A DNA stretch of 64,000 bases from Trichinella spiralis (taxonomy: Eukaryota): positions 7,822,120 through 7,886,119 of the forward strand of contig NW_003526941.1 in NCBI RefSeq assembly GCF_000181795.1, given 5' to 3'. Under the pieces are notes generated by a model. It was not told the origin of the DNA, ran no database searches, and saw only the letters and a program-made list of their open reading frames with translations. This document shows positions 12,588-23,400 of the stretch, one piece after another. The translations under genes were made by a program, and so were the position numbers. Numbering within the stretch: position 1 is the first letter of the stretch; the number at the start of each line of letters is the position of its first letter.

Positions 12588-14124
12588 TTATCCAACGACG
12601 AGATTACGCAGTGATGACGAATAAGGTACGAAACATTCGCACGCCACAGGGGCGTTCACAACTGCCGCTTGCATGTGGTCGTTGTCTCGCTTGTACCAGA
12701 CATTGATCGTTCTGTAACGTTCTTTGCATTTCCCATATCCTTCAGAATGTAAAATAAAATTTTCAATAATTCAACAAGAATATAAATAAATAACTGTGCA
12801 ATGCAACCTGACAAACAGATTCGATCTTGGGCGTTGCAAGTTATTTGGCTGATGTAACGCGGAGTGAAATTTGGAGAAAGAACTTGCATAGACCAGCACA
12901 TGTCACACAATGCCATCTCACCGCCTCCTGAATCTGTAGGCTCGCCACGACGGTACGCACAGTTGATTTCCGCTACGGTTCCTAAATGAAATTTTTTTAA
13001 TTATAAATATTTATTTAATAAAGAAAAACAAAAATAGCAGCAATCATGAATTAATTATTCTCAACCGACAGGTTCATCACAATTTAAAGTTCTGAATCAT
13101 AGACATTGAATAAGCACAACTATATATGTAGGGTGAGTGAGAGATGTATTAGAGAGAAAATTGAAGTTACCGTGTGTGAAAGTCATTGAATCGCTATTTC
13201 GACTTTGGCTACTACGCATGCCAGATTGTTTCAAAAAATATTCTTGATCCGGCCAACCATACTGTGGTTTAGGTTTTCTGTTTTTGTCAACTGTACAAGT
13301 CAGTTGTTCACCTCGTAAATAAGACGAAAATTCCGACACCTGATCCTCGTCGATCGGTTTCGGTGTACAATCGTAAAAATCACTTGCCTTGTTGTTCAAA
13401 TGGGTACAGTATGGCTTGTAATCTTTACGGTACAATTTCAGTTCTTCTTGTAAAAAGTGTATTTCGCCGAACGTGTTGCGGTCGTTCGGTTCCAGTGAAA
13501 TGCTAATTTCTTCGAGCACCTTTTGCACGCATCCTAGACACCGGTTGGAAGAACACGAAAGCGACGGCCTCCAGTCATGCTTTGCCTGAAAAGGAATGGT
13601 GTACCATTATTGTTCAAGCAATTTTTCAATCGAATCAGACCTACGGCGACAACGGAAATGTCCGGTACTAGTGGAGCGCCGCTTATTGGATCACGGAACT
13701 TGACAATCATTTCAACTATGGTATTGGCAGTGTCGGGAGTCGGGTTTACTGTAGTTGATTTTGGCGGTTTCTGATTCCACCGACGGTTCACCTGCATGTA
13801 GAGTAAAATTATGACAGAACAACGACGAACTTACAAAAAGAGAGACAAACAGTCAGTAAAGCTCACCGGCTGCTGGTGAATTGATGGTCGACGACTTCTT
13901 CGCATCGGCATGTAGTCGTCATCATCGTCTGATTCAAAGTCGTACTGTTGATCATCGGTTTGATCATTTTGTCTGTTTTTCCAACTCGAAGTACCTTGGA
14001 TCAGCACGGCCGCCTGCCCATAAGGATAATAGCCGTTGATGTATGATCCTTGGTAATGGAGCGCTTGAGCTACTGTAATTATCACAAAGAGCGCTGCAAT
14101 TCTTTCTGCTGAGTTTCTTGCCAT
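12588..14124 (-). CDS. Secreted cystine-knot-like precursor, paralog B (~381 aa)
   Basis: Exons 14124-13867, 13791-13645, 13585-13171, 12981-12808, 12739-12588. Signal peptide MARNSAERIAALFVIITVAQA, prodomain CSSNRCLGC. C-terminal domain INC...CDMC-x19-C-x6-CLSGYGKC-x28-CEC. The last two exons (174 and 152 nt) have the same lengths as in paralog A. Confidence 0.87.
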
Positions 14125-14845
14125 CCGAAGCGTTGTTTGCAAATGTCGAGGAAAATACAAGTTGACTATTATTGCACATTTGTGGCAAGCAGCTGTACAT
14201 ACAAATATTGCCGTATATCAGCAGCAGTCATTCAGTCGCAATTCGCATATACTATTTGCGTTATTCTTAAAAACATGCGGTCATAGCTAGCTAGTTGTCT
14301 CAGTAAGAACGATTTGCATTGCCATCGGAAGTTGATGTTTGTAAATTTGAAGCTATCATTTACAAAGGCAAACAGTGCTGATGATGAAATGATTCGCATT
14401 TCACCACGCCTTCAATATTGTAAAAAGGAAAAGAAAATTTTTTTCCAGTGACGATTTTAGTTCATGTCACAGATGATTGTATTGAATAATAACCAGGATA
14501 ATTTAAATTGAAATGGTAAAAGCGAAAGCATTACTTTTAAAATAAACAATCATTCAGTTTGTTGTCGACTAGTATAAATAAAAATACACATTATACTTGT
14601 TTAACAAGTACCAATTGTTGGATTATGAACATTAATAAACATTTGTAAATAAATTTATTAGAACAACGTAAATGAATGGTGAATTTGAAGTAAATTTTTT
14701 AAATTCGGCACTTCACATAACCAACTCATGAATTTATTGGAATAATTCGAAGAAAGCAAATTAAGAAAAGACAAACATTTAAAGGCAGTTGCATGATAGT
14801 TTGAAAACATTCAAATTTCATTAACAGTTACAATCAACTGATTGT

Positions 14846-15151
14846 TCAAGTTTTGATATTGCCATGTAAATGAAAGTTCAAAATTCGACACAACTGATAA
14901 ACTCCTATTAGACCAACTAGCACGTTGACACCAAAGAGACTCCAATTCTTCGGCTTTATGACCAACGAATAACGTGACCAAATTATGCCGGAAAGAGCTA
15001 ATGCTGATGATTGAGATACACTAAGATGTTCTGCAGGACGTTGGAGATCGGCCAAACCAGCAAAAACCAATCCCCATTTGAACAGTGGTGCCCAGAAGAA
15101 GATTGTTTTCGGACCGGCAGGATGATGAAGTAAAGATTGGATGTAATTCAT
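14846..15151 (-). CDS. MPC2: Mitochondrial pyruvate carrier 2, intronless CDS
   Basis: HPAGPKTIFFWAPLFKWGLVFAGLADLQRP...IWSRYSLVIKPKNWSLFGVN is the MPC2 signature; first ATG at 15151. Confidence 0.94.
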   Translation of the reverse strand: MNYIQSLLHHPAGPKTIFFWAPLFKWGLVFAGLADLQRPAEHLSVSQSSALALSGIIWSRYSLVIKPKNWSLFGVNVLVGLIGVYQLCRILNFHLHGNIKT

Positions 15152-15863
15152 GAACTTCAAAATAACCTTAAGTAAATATTAAATAACAAACGTAATACAA
15201 TAATAAACCTTCTTAATAAAAAAGAATTTTTCTCTTAAAATATATATTTGTTTAAAATCGTGAATACCGTAAAACATCGATTTACACGTAGCAATATCAA
15301 TTATTATTAGTAAAATATGAATATAAAATATAGTAAAAATATGAAAATTAATAATAAAAATATCTTAAATGGCATGTATAAAGAGCAATAATTCTTCAAT
15401 GGAATATATATAAAGTACAATTAAAACGTGCGTAAGATCGCAATAAATTCATACTGTAATGTAGATGAATGATCAGCACAAAGCATATGAACTAAATGTA
15501 GTGAAATTACGTTGCATAAATTATTGTTATAACTTTGTATATTGGAAATATTCCGTTTTGACTTTTACCAAATGCGTCGGCTAATTTGATAATAAATTAT
15601 CTCTTCATTTAAGATTAATAATGAAAACATGGATGCAGTATAGATATTTTTATTTTAATAAAATTACAAATATTAAAAAATGAAATTGTATTTAATATTA
15701 GTTAATTGTAAGAAAAAATTTGGTTTTTAATAAGAAATAATTGTCTCCTAGTTGTTGATATCTTAATTTTCATTTATTGATTTTACAGTGAATACGGTAT
15801 CGAAGGTATATCTTTGAAAAGCGGTGATTTGTGCTTGTTGAATGGCCGATTGTCGGGTTGGCA

Positions 15864-17974
15864 ATGGGCGAAGTTGTTGAATATATTGTGGCGAAATACA
15901 ATTACCAGGCCCAAGAAGCGCAAGAATTGAGTTTGCGTAAAAATGAGCGTCTGATTTTGGTCGATGATTCACGCAACTGGTGGAAAGTGCGCAATTCTGG
16001 CAATCGAGAAGGATACGTGCCGTCGAATTTTGTTCGCCGGGTGAATTGGAAAGACGCGATCGGTGGCAGATTCGACGTGCTTAAGGAAAGCTTGCGTCGC
16101 AAAAATGGAACCAGTGAAAGCAGAAGAACTTCAACTTCACTTACATATCCAAATTCGGTATGGTTGTTTATTTCTTCTTGTTGATATTTTCGATATTATT
16201 AAATAATTTTCATAATTTTGGTATTAATAGGAATAGTTGTTTGTGAATATTTTTCCCAATTGTTTTCCACGTTTGTATGATTCATGTTGTTCGCGTTTTA
16301 CGTGTCACATTTGAGAGCAGCTGTTCGTTCGAGCTGTTAACTTGTCTATTCTTTGTTGACGACTTTGAACAGGCGTCATTTCTTTGCTGCAAACGAAAAA
16401 AAGAGAAAATTATTATTATTATTCACCTGAACGGCAGGGAAAGAATTAGGTTCTTGCGGTCAGCGAGTTTTTTCGCGATGCCGCACATTTGGCCATGGTC
16501 GAATCGACCAGAGAAAATAATTGATGCCGTTTCTTCTTCTGACGTTGTTTTTCATCCAGTTGAAATTTTTCTCAGTGAAAATGGCATCATCATACCAACG
16601 AGACGATTCACTTTCAATAAATAATATTGATTCGATCAATAAATGATTATTTTTAGATTGAAATTTTATTCAAACAAACATTCGTTGTTTGCATTAATTG
16701 TTGTGGATTGGGGAAAATGTAAATAGCGTAATGAGATGACCATTGTGAGTATAATACACTGAATATAAAATGGTCGAGGCACAGAATGGTAGTAGGATGA
16801 ATGAAGTAGGATAAATTTCAAATTTTTCAAACACACAGATTCACATTTGCTGAATATTTTCATCGAATCAATAATTGCGAACAGTGTGAAGTTGATTGGT
16901 TCATTTTGAAATTGTCAACTTCTGCTGACCCGTCCGTGCATTTATGGAAATCAATTTCAAATTCTTCTCAGCAAATGATCAAATTGACACTCTACGTCAA
17001 ATTGTTATTATTAAATTGTTTTTTTTTTGATCTGTTAATTAATCAATAGCCCAATTAGCGTAGTTTATTATATTGTTTGTAAAATGGATGTTTTTCTCTT
17101 CCAGGTGAAGTCGTTCAGTTTGAATGGCGGCGACCAATCGCCGGCGTCGAATTCGAAAATCAAGTCGACAATGCCTTCGCCGTCGAGCGCATTTGTTTGT
17201 TTTGATTATCAGCCGCAGCGCGAAGACGAAATCGAACTGCGCAAAGGGGATCAAATTGAAGTGTTGGAAAAATCGTCCGACGGCTGGTGGCGTGGCCAAT
17301 GTTCGAACCGCGTCGGCTGGTTTCCGTCCAATTATGTCACTGAGCGTCGGTTGAGAAATTTGCATTTGAACGACAATTTCGATTTCGCTCGATTCGACAG
17401 CAAAAGTGAAGCGACATTTTATTGATTTTGTTTTGGTTTAATGTATTTTGTTTTCTTTTTTTTTTCAAATCAAGATTCCAATGGAGGAGCAGTACAGTCG
17501 TCTGTCGGTTGTCACGCGTCACCGTCTGCGGCGCGTCGACGTCTCGAAGCGAGTCGCAATTGTGCCGTCGCCAATGGGTCAGCTTGTCGTTTGTTCGGCA
17601 ATCGTCAGTGGTATTTCGGTAAAATGACTCGCGAGCAGAGTGAAAAATTGCTCGACGAATATGGATCCGACGGTGATTATCTCATCAGGGACAGTGAAAC
17701 AAATGTACGCTTGAAGAACAATTTAATAGACAAATTTCATTGGACATTATTCATATTTATTTAGCCGGGCGATTTATCAATCTCGATGAAAGCGCCAGTG
17801 AAAAACAAACATTTCTGGATACAGGTCGATTCGAACGGTTTCCGCATTGGCAATCGTCTGTTTTCAACAATTGACGAATTAATTTCCCATTACATGATCA
17901 AACCAATTTCAAGCAACGGTCGAGGCGGTGATTTGCATCTGGTGAAGTCGCTGTTGGCGGTGGTCGAACCGTGA
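15864..17974 (+). CDS. NCK: Nck/Dock-like SH3-SH3-SH2 adaptor
   Basis: Exons 15864-16157, 17105-17405, 17475-17704, 17765-17974. SH3-1 [37 protein letters not shown]3-2 [27 protein letters not shown]2 [12 protein letters not shown]...[26 protein letters not shown]. Confidence 0.9.
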
Positions 17975-18121
17975 TGGAAAAGTAATCAATGTGCAGTCGT
18001 GTGCAAAATTATTTAATTCATTTTTTTACTTGAAAACAAAGAGGAAATATTTATAATAAGTATTGTTCATTTTTTTCTCTCTACTGCCCTGATTGGACAT
18101 TTTCTTTCGATACTCTCTCTC

Positions 18122-18159
18122 GTTTGTTTATTTGTTTGTTTGTTTGTTTGTTTGTTTGT
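18122..18159. repeat. (GTTT)n microsatellite
   Basis: Direct reading; lies between the convergent Nck and PTCD1 3' ends. Confidence 0.85.
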
Positions 18160-18294
18160 CTCCACCACCGCTCGCTTTACTATTTCATTTTCTTTTTTAG
18201 CACTGGCTTTTTTCGTCTGATCTCACAACATTCCGGCTAGACAGTTTTTTTTCATTAAAAAAAACCATTTCCATATCTTGATTGAAGTTGTTGT

Positions 18295-20488
18295 TCAATA
18301 AATGTGCCGTCTTTTGTGTCTAGATTTGGTCCAAGGCTTTTCCCAATCTTCGCGCAGGTCGTCCGTATTTATACTGTCAATGTCAAGCGATTGATGTCCA
18401 CCATCACCACGGTTGCGTCTGGCCAACGGCATCGACAACAGCCACTGTTTGTAGAAACGCTTAAATTGGACGAGAGATGGAATTTTCAACGTCAAATCTG
18501 GCGTGTCGACCATGTGACGACGACGTTCCTTGAAATTAACCACAACAATATATATATATATATATGTATATGTACAACAAGTGACTGTTGCCAAGCAGCA
18601 CCTACCTGCTTCACTTGACCTTGGCGTGCTTTTGCCAAGCTCTGTTCAATCAAGCGCAACGTGCATGCGGTCAACTGCACGTTGGACCGTTGCATGTCTT
18701 GCAGCACGTCGGCCGCGTAGGCGAAGTTCGACTGTTCGAATGCGCGTCTCAAAAGCGTCTGGTATGTTTGACGTGACAATGGAATGTTCAATTTCTGTTC
18801 AGATGAAAAGAAAAAATAAGTAAATAATCCAAGCGAAAAAAGAATGAAACTTTTTGAAAACCCTACTGACTGACCGACCTTAGCATCTTGCAACAACGTC
18901 ACGCCGTCGATGCGCTTGTCACAGCCGTGGGCCAGACAATAAAATGTATTTTCATTTGGCATCAATTTGTACTTGCTCATCTCTTCCAGTACAGTCTATT
19001 CGAAGCAAAAAAAATATTTGCATTTGCATAACAACAGTTTTCTCTAAAGAAAAAAAAAGAAAAGTAAAACATTCTCTTTACCAGTGCTCGGCTGAGCTCT
19101 CCCCGTTTGGCCCTGCGAAGAATGACCGCGTTCAACAACGTGACGTCCGGCTTGACCGCAGGGTTGTTAGCTAGAATATCCAAAAATGCTTGATCCATTT
19201 CACACCGATTCGGCAGCAAATCTAGAGCCAGTGAAAAAGTTTTCGCGTCAGGTTCCACTCCGTATTGTTGCATTTTCGAAAGCAAGCTATTCAAGCCTCC
19301 TTCCAACAATGTCAGCCCGTCGTTTTTCTCTTCCATCTCTGCATCGTCCTGCTTCACCACTGCCGGTAAATTGTCGGTGATTTCGAACGATGATTTTGAA
19401 ACGATTGTTCCGTTGGTTTTCTTCAAACGTTTGGCAGAATGCCGACGACATACCCAAAGAAATGAGTTGAAAGCTTTCGTATTTGGAACCACGCCCATTT
19501 GCAGCATCAATTTCCAAACCTGTTAAAGTTATTATTATTATTGAAATGAAATTTTACAATTTTTTTGTTCAACTTCGCACACCCTGTAAACAAGCGATAA
19601 ACTGTCTTCCGGCTCTGAATCGCACGCTTGGAGAATGTGGACGAACGTGTCGATTCCTGGACGTAGTCCGTCGGCGAGCATCAAATCACCGACACGAAAA
19701 GCGGAACACACTTGACCATGCCTGGCGAAAGCTTTTATTGCAGCATTGTAAACAGCCGGCGTCAATGTACTGCTAAATCGAGTACTCGCCCTACGAGCAT
19801 CTCTTAACAAAATTTCCACATGCTTCACAAGCCATTCACTGTTCGACTTGGCATCGTTGGCAAGTGCATTCAACACTGAACTGTACGTGTGCTTGTTACA
19901 TTTCAGTCGGCGTTCTTTCATCTAATTAATTAATTATTTATTCAATTATTCTAATAATGAAATGTCAAACTTGTTCGTAAAGTTGTAACGCTTTCTCTGC
20001 ATATCCATAACGACCAAGCCAACCGAGAACAACGTTATAATTGAATTCCACCGCTTCTACACCATCTTCTGGCATTCTCTTCTCCAACATTGCCACACAC
20101 TCGGCAATCCAAATAAAATAAATACGCAAAGTTTCAACAAACTGTCGACAAAATTTTGAACAAGAAATTCAATATTACTTTTAACTCACTAATCTACAGT
20201 ACACCAAAATTATTCAAATTTTTAATTTTTGAACAAGAAATAGAGGCATACTTTTCCTTGCTTTCCAAGCTGTTGGCATTTTTTTCCGAACCATACCGGG
20301 CTGTGTTTACGGACAACAAATGGTTCGAATTCCACTTCATCATCATCAAGCATGTCACTGCCTGACGGAGCAGCCAACTCACCGAACGTGTCTTTTGCGT
20401 TGGACGCTTTTTGTGTATATTCATCCAACGAAATGAAAATTATACGTGAAATTTGCTTGCGCTTGGGGAAAAACGTACGCTTTATCAT
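18295..20488 (-). CDS. PTCD1: Pentatricopeptide-repeat mitochondrial protein PTCD1-like, multi-exon (start codon tentative)
   Basis: DTFGEL, HSPVWFGKKCQQLGKQGK, NYNVVLGWLGRYGYAEKALQLYEQMKERRL, TYSSVLNA, YNAAIKAFARHG, MQQYGVEPDAKTFS and FKRFYKQWLLSM follow the order of PPR segments recalled for PTCD1. Confidence 0.85.
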
Positions 20489-23400
20489 ACTTTGATCACA
20501 AAGACAGACGGACCTAACTAACGCGTTCAGTGTATAAACACGTCACTTTGAAATTTGAAAATCTAAAATGAAAAACAGACAATTCAATGACGCACAATTT
20601 TCAAACTATTAGTCACAATATTTAAACATACTGAACAAGTTGCTAATCATGTGAAGAAATTTCCATTTTTCATTAAATAAAATGATTTATCTCTGTTGTA
20701 GTTAAAGCATAACTAAACCAGATACACGTGCAATCGAGTTTCTGTGTATTTTCTAACCATACTTAAGCGTACATCAAAAGCGCGGCAAAATAAACTAAAC
20801 AAACGATTTGCCACCTAATTTTCACAGTAGTGATAATTATTGTAAATTTTTGCAAATAAACTGACTGATATGTAAAAATATTATTTGCACACTTTAGCGA
20901 ACACTGTAATAAGCAACAATAATAATTAAGACTAAATTGTTTTCATGTATTCGAAAAATTGTTAGGTTTTTTGCATGTTACGTGTGACATGTAAAATGTT
21001 ATCTAACATATTTTTGTTGATAAAAATACATTTCAGTCAAACATTCAAAATCTGAACGTTTTATCAAGTACAGAACTAAAAAATATTATGAGTAAAAATT
21101 AGCTTTTCACTTACATGAATTTAGCTTTACAATAAAAGTGTAATTCGTTTGATACTTATCCACTGCATTAATTTAATTCAAATGAATTTATTTTAAAAAA
21201 TGCTACAATGTTATATCTTATGAATTGGTTTTGTTTTGTCAAATTCATTTGGCAAAGATTTACAAAATACATAATAAATGAAAAGCATCTAATGAGTATA
21301 TTTATATTTGACAACTAAACAGAACAATGCTAATTTTTTCTGTGGAAATAAAAATCAGTAAAACGAATAATCAACACTGAATAAATATATGAATTGAATT
21401 TTAATATGAAACATTTTTTGTGCGTTCAAAAATGATCATAAAGTTTAATGGTTTTGTACGATATTTTTGAAAGTACAGTTTGCCTGAAGAAATTCAAATT
21501 TTTCTCTGCGTGGGCGTTCCTATATTATGTAGGCCATCGACCGGTTTTTCAAATTTGTTTTTCTTTAAATCCCACTGACGCGCGAACTGTCTCATTTTCA
21601 TTCGACTCCTTCACCATGTTGCGTTCACCATGTTAACGTCAGTTCGTCGTATCAATTTTTCAACAATATTTAATAGCCATTTCAACAGCGGTTGATTTGA
21701 TGTTTTTCAATTTTTATTAAACGTTTGATGCGCTTGATATGGTTGTTGAATTTGCGGCAAAAATGATAAGGTATGTTTTCTTCCCTTCACTTATTATCAT
21801 TATTCAAAATTGATTACATACATTTTGAGGGCATTTTTCAATGCAAAATCTGTCCATATTAGTTAATAACAGTTGATTGATATGAAAAAATCAAATACAA
21901 TAATAACTTTGGCGCTTTAATACTTAATATGATGTAATTGTGTTTAATTTTTGAATTAAAAAAATAATTTCTACATAAATTTGTACATGAATCGCGTTGT
22001 GTAAGGTTCTTTTTGCTCGTCAAGCTCTTGAACAACACATTCGTTTCTCTTTTTCCCCGTCAACCGCCCAAATTCGCGCAATGAAATTTGCATATTTATT
22101 TTGTCGGCCCGAGCGAACAACGGTTGCGCGTCTGAGTTGGACAAACTTTTCTGCGCTCTGTTCCACACGTCCAAGCAGCGATTTTCCTTTATTTTTGTCA
22201 TCTCTGATTTTAACTATTTTTGTTGTTTTCTTTATTGTTTTTAATTTTCTGATTTCCATTCACTTCTAATTCATTAACAATTGCTTGTTCATGAACTTGA
22301 ATTGTAGAACGTATATTGTTTGCATAAGATTATAAGGCCATTGTTAGGCAACGGGTAGATAAGAAAGACCAGCTTACTGTAACAGTTGATTATTTCAATA
22401 GAAAAAAGTAATTTACAACAACAAGCGACGACGTATAACAGTCGTCTAATAGCAATAATTTTTAGGGTTTTTTGTGGAGGGTGGGATTGAAAGACAGTCT
22501 CATCAAAGTCATTGCTTTGAGACTAGCTGATTGTAATAATGTTGCATAAATTTATTTTCACTGTTTTGGTTTCTTTATTGTTGATTTTATGAGTCGATTA
22601 GAAAATTCAATGTAAAGCATCTTTACTAGCTATTTCAGAAAACGAAACGTTTCGTGTTTTCATTTCCCCTTTACAAGCATAATTCTTCTCATTATAAAAA
22701 AGAATATGAAGATGAATTTTGTCATAAATTGCTTAATTGTTTGTTTCTGTATGAGTTAGTCAATTAAAATCTTCATTATAATTCACTTCTTTTTAATAAT
22801 TGAATTAATTGTGCACAAATTAGTAATTTCACGTGTTCTAATTGTGCTCATCATTGATCAGCAATTGTGCAAATTAACTGAAATTTCCGTTTTCATTTTT
22901 CTTTCATTTTATTATTATTATTTTTTCATATAAATTTATGCTGCATTTTGAATCCATTTTTTATAAATTTTTATTTTTTAATTTGTATTTTTCAGCGGTA
23001 TGTTGTTACAAATATCGAAAGTTTAGGAAATAACAAATAGTTATTTTATTACAGTTTCATCACATAATTTTTCATTTACTAAAAGATTTTTTTAATTTAT
23101 TAATTAGTAAGAATGTATAGTTTTCAAAAATTTTTTAATCAATTTTTCGACATCTGACAGGGCATGGTATTAAGCAATATAAGATAATGTTGATGAATAC
23201 AAATCTGTCATGACAGTTTGATTTTTAATTTTCAGAAGTTAACTGCTTGACAGCTGTGATGAATGTGATGTTGAAAGAAATTCAGAAAAATTAATTTATA
23301 ATAAGTGTGACTTTTTTTGCATGCAAATTTTCATATTTTTTGCTTCTTCAAATGTTGCAGTAGCTATTGTTTATGCATTATCCTTTGAGGGTTTTGCTAG

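Noticed and set aside
20563..20650. Possible upstream coding exon of PTCD1 (MISNLF with a GTATGT donor)
   Set aside because: Splicing to the obvious acceptor gives an in-frame TGA before ATG 20488, so it is at most a uORF or UTR exon.
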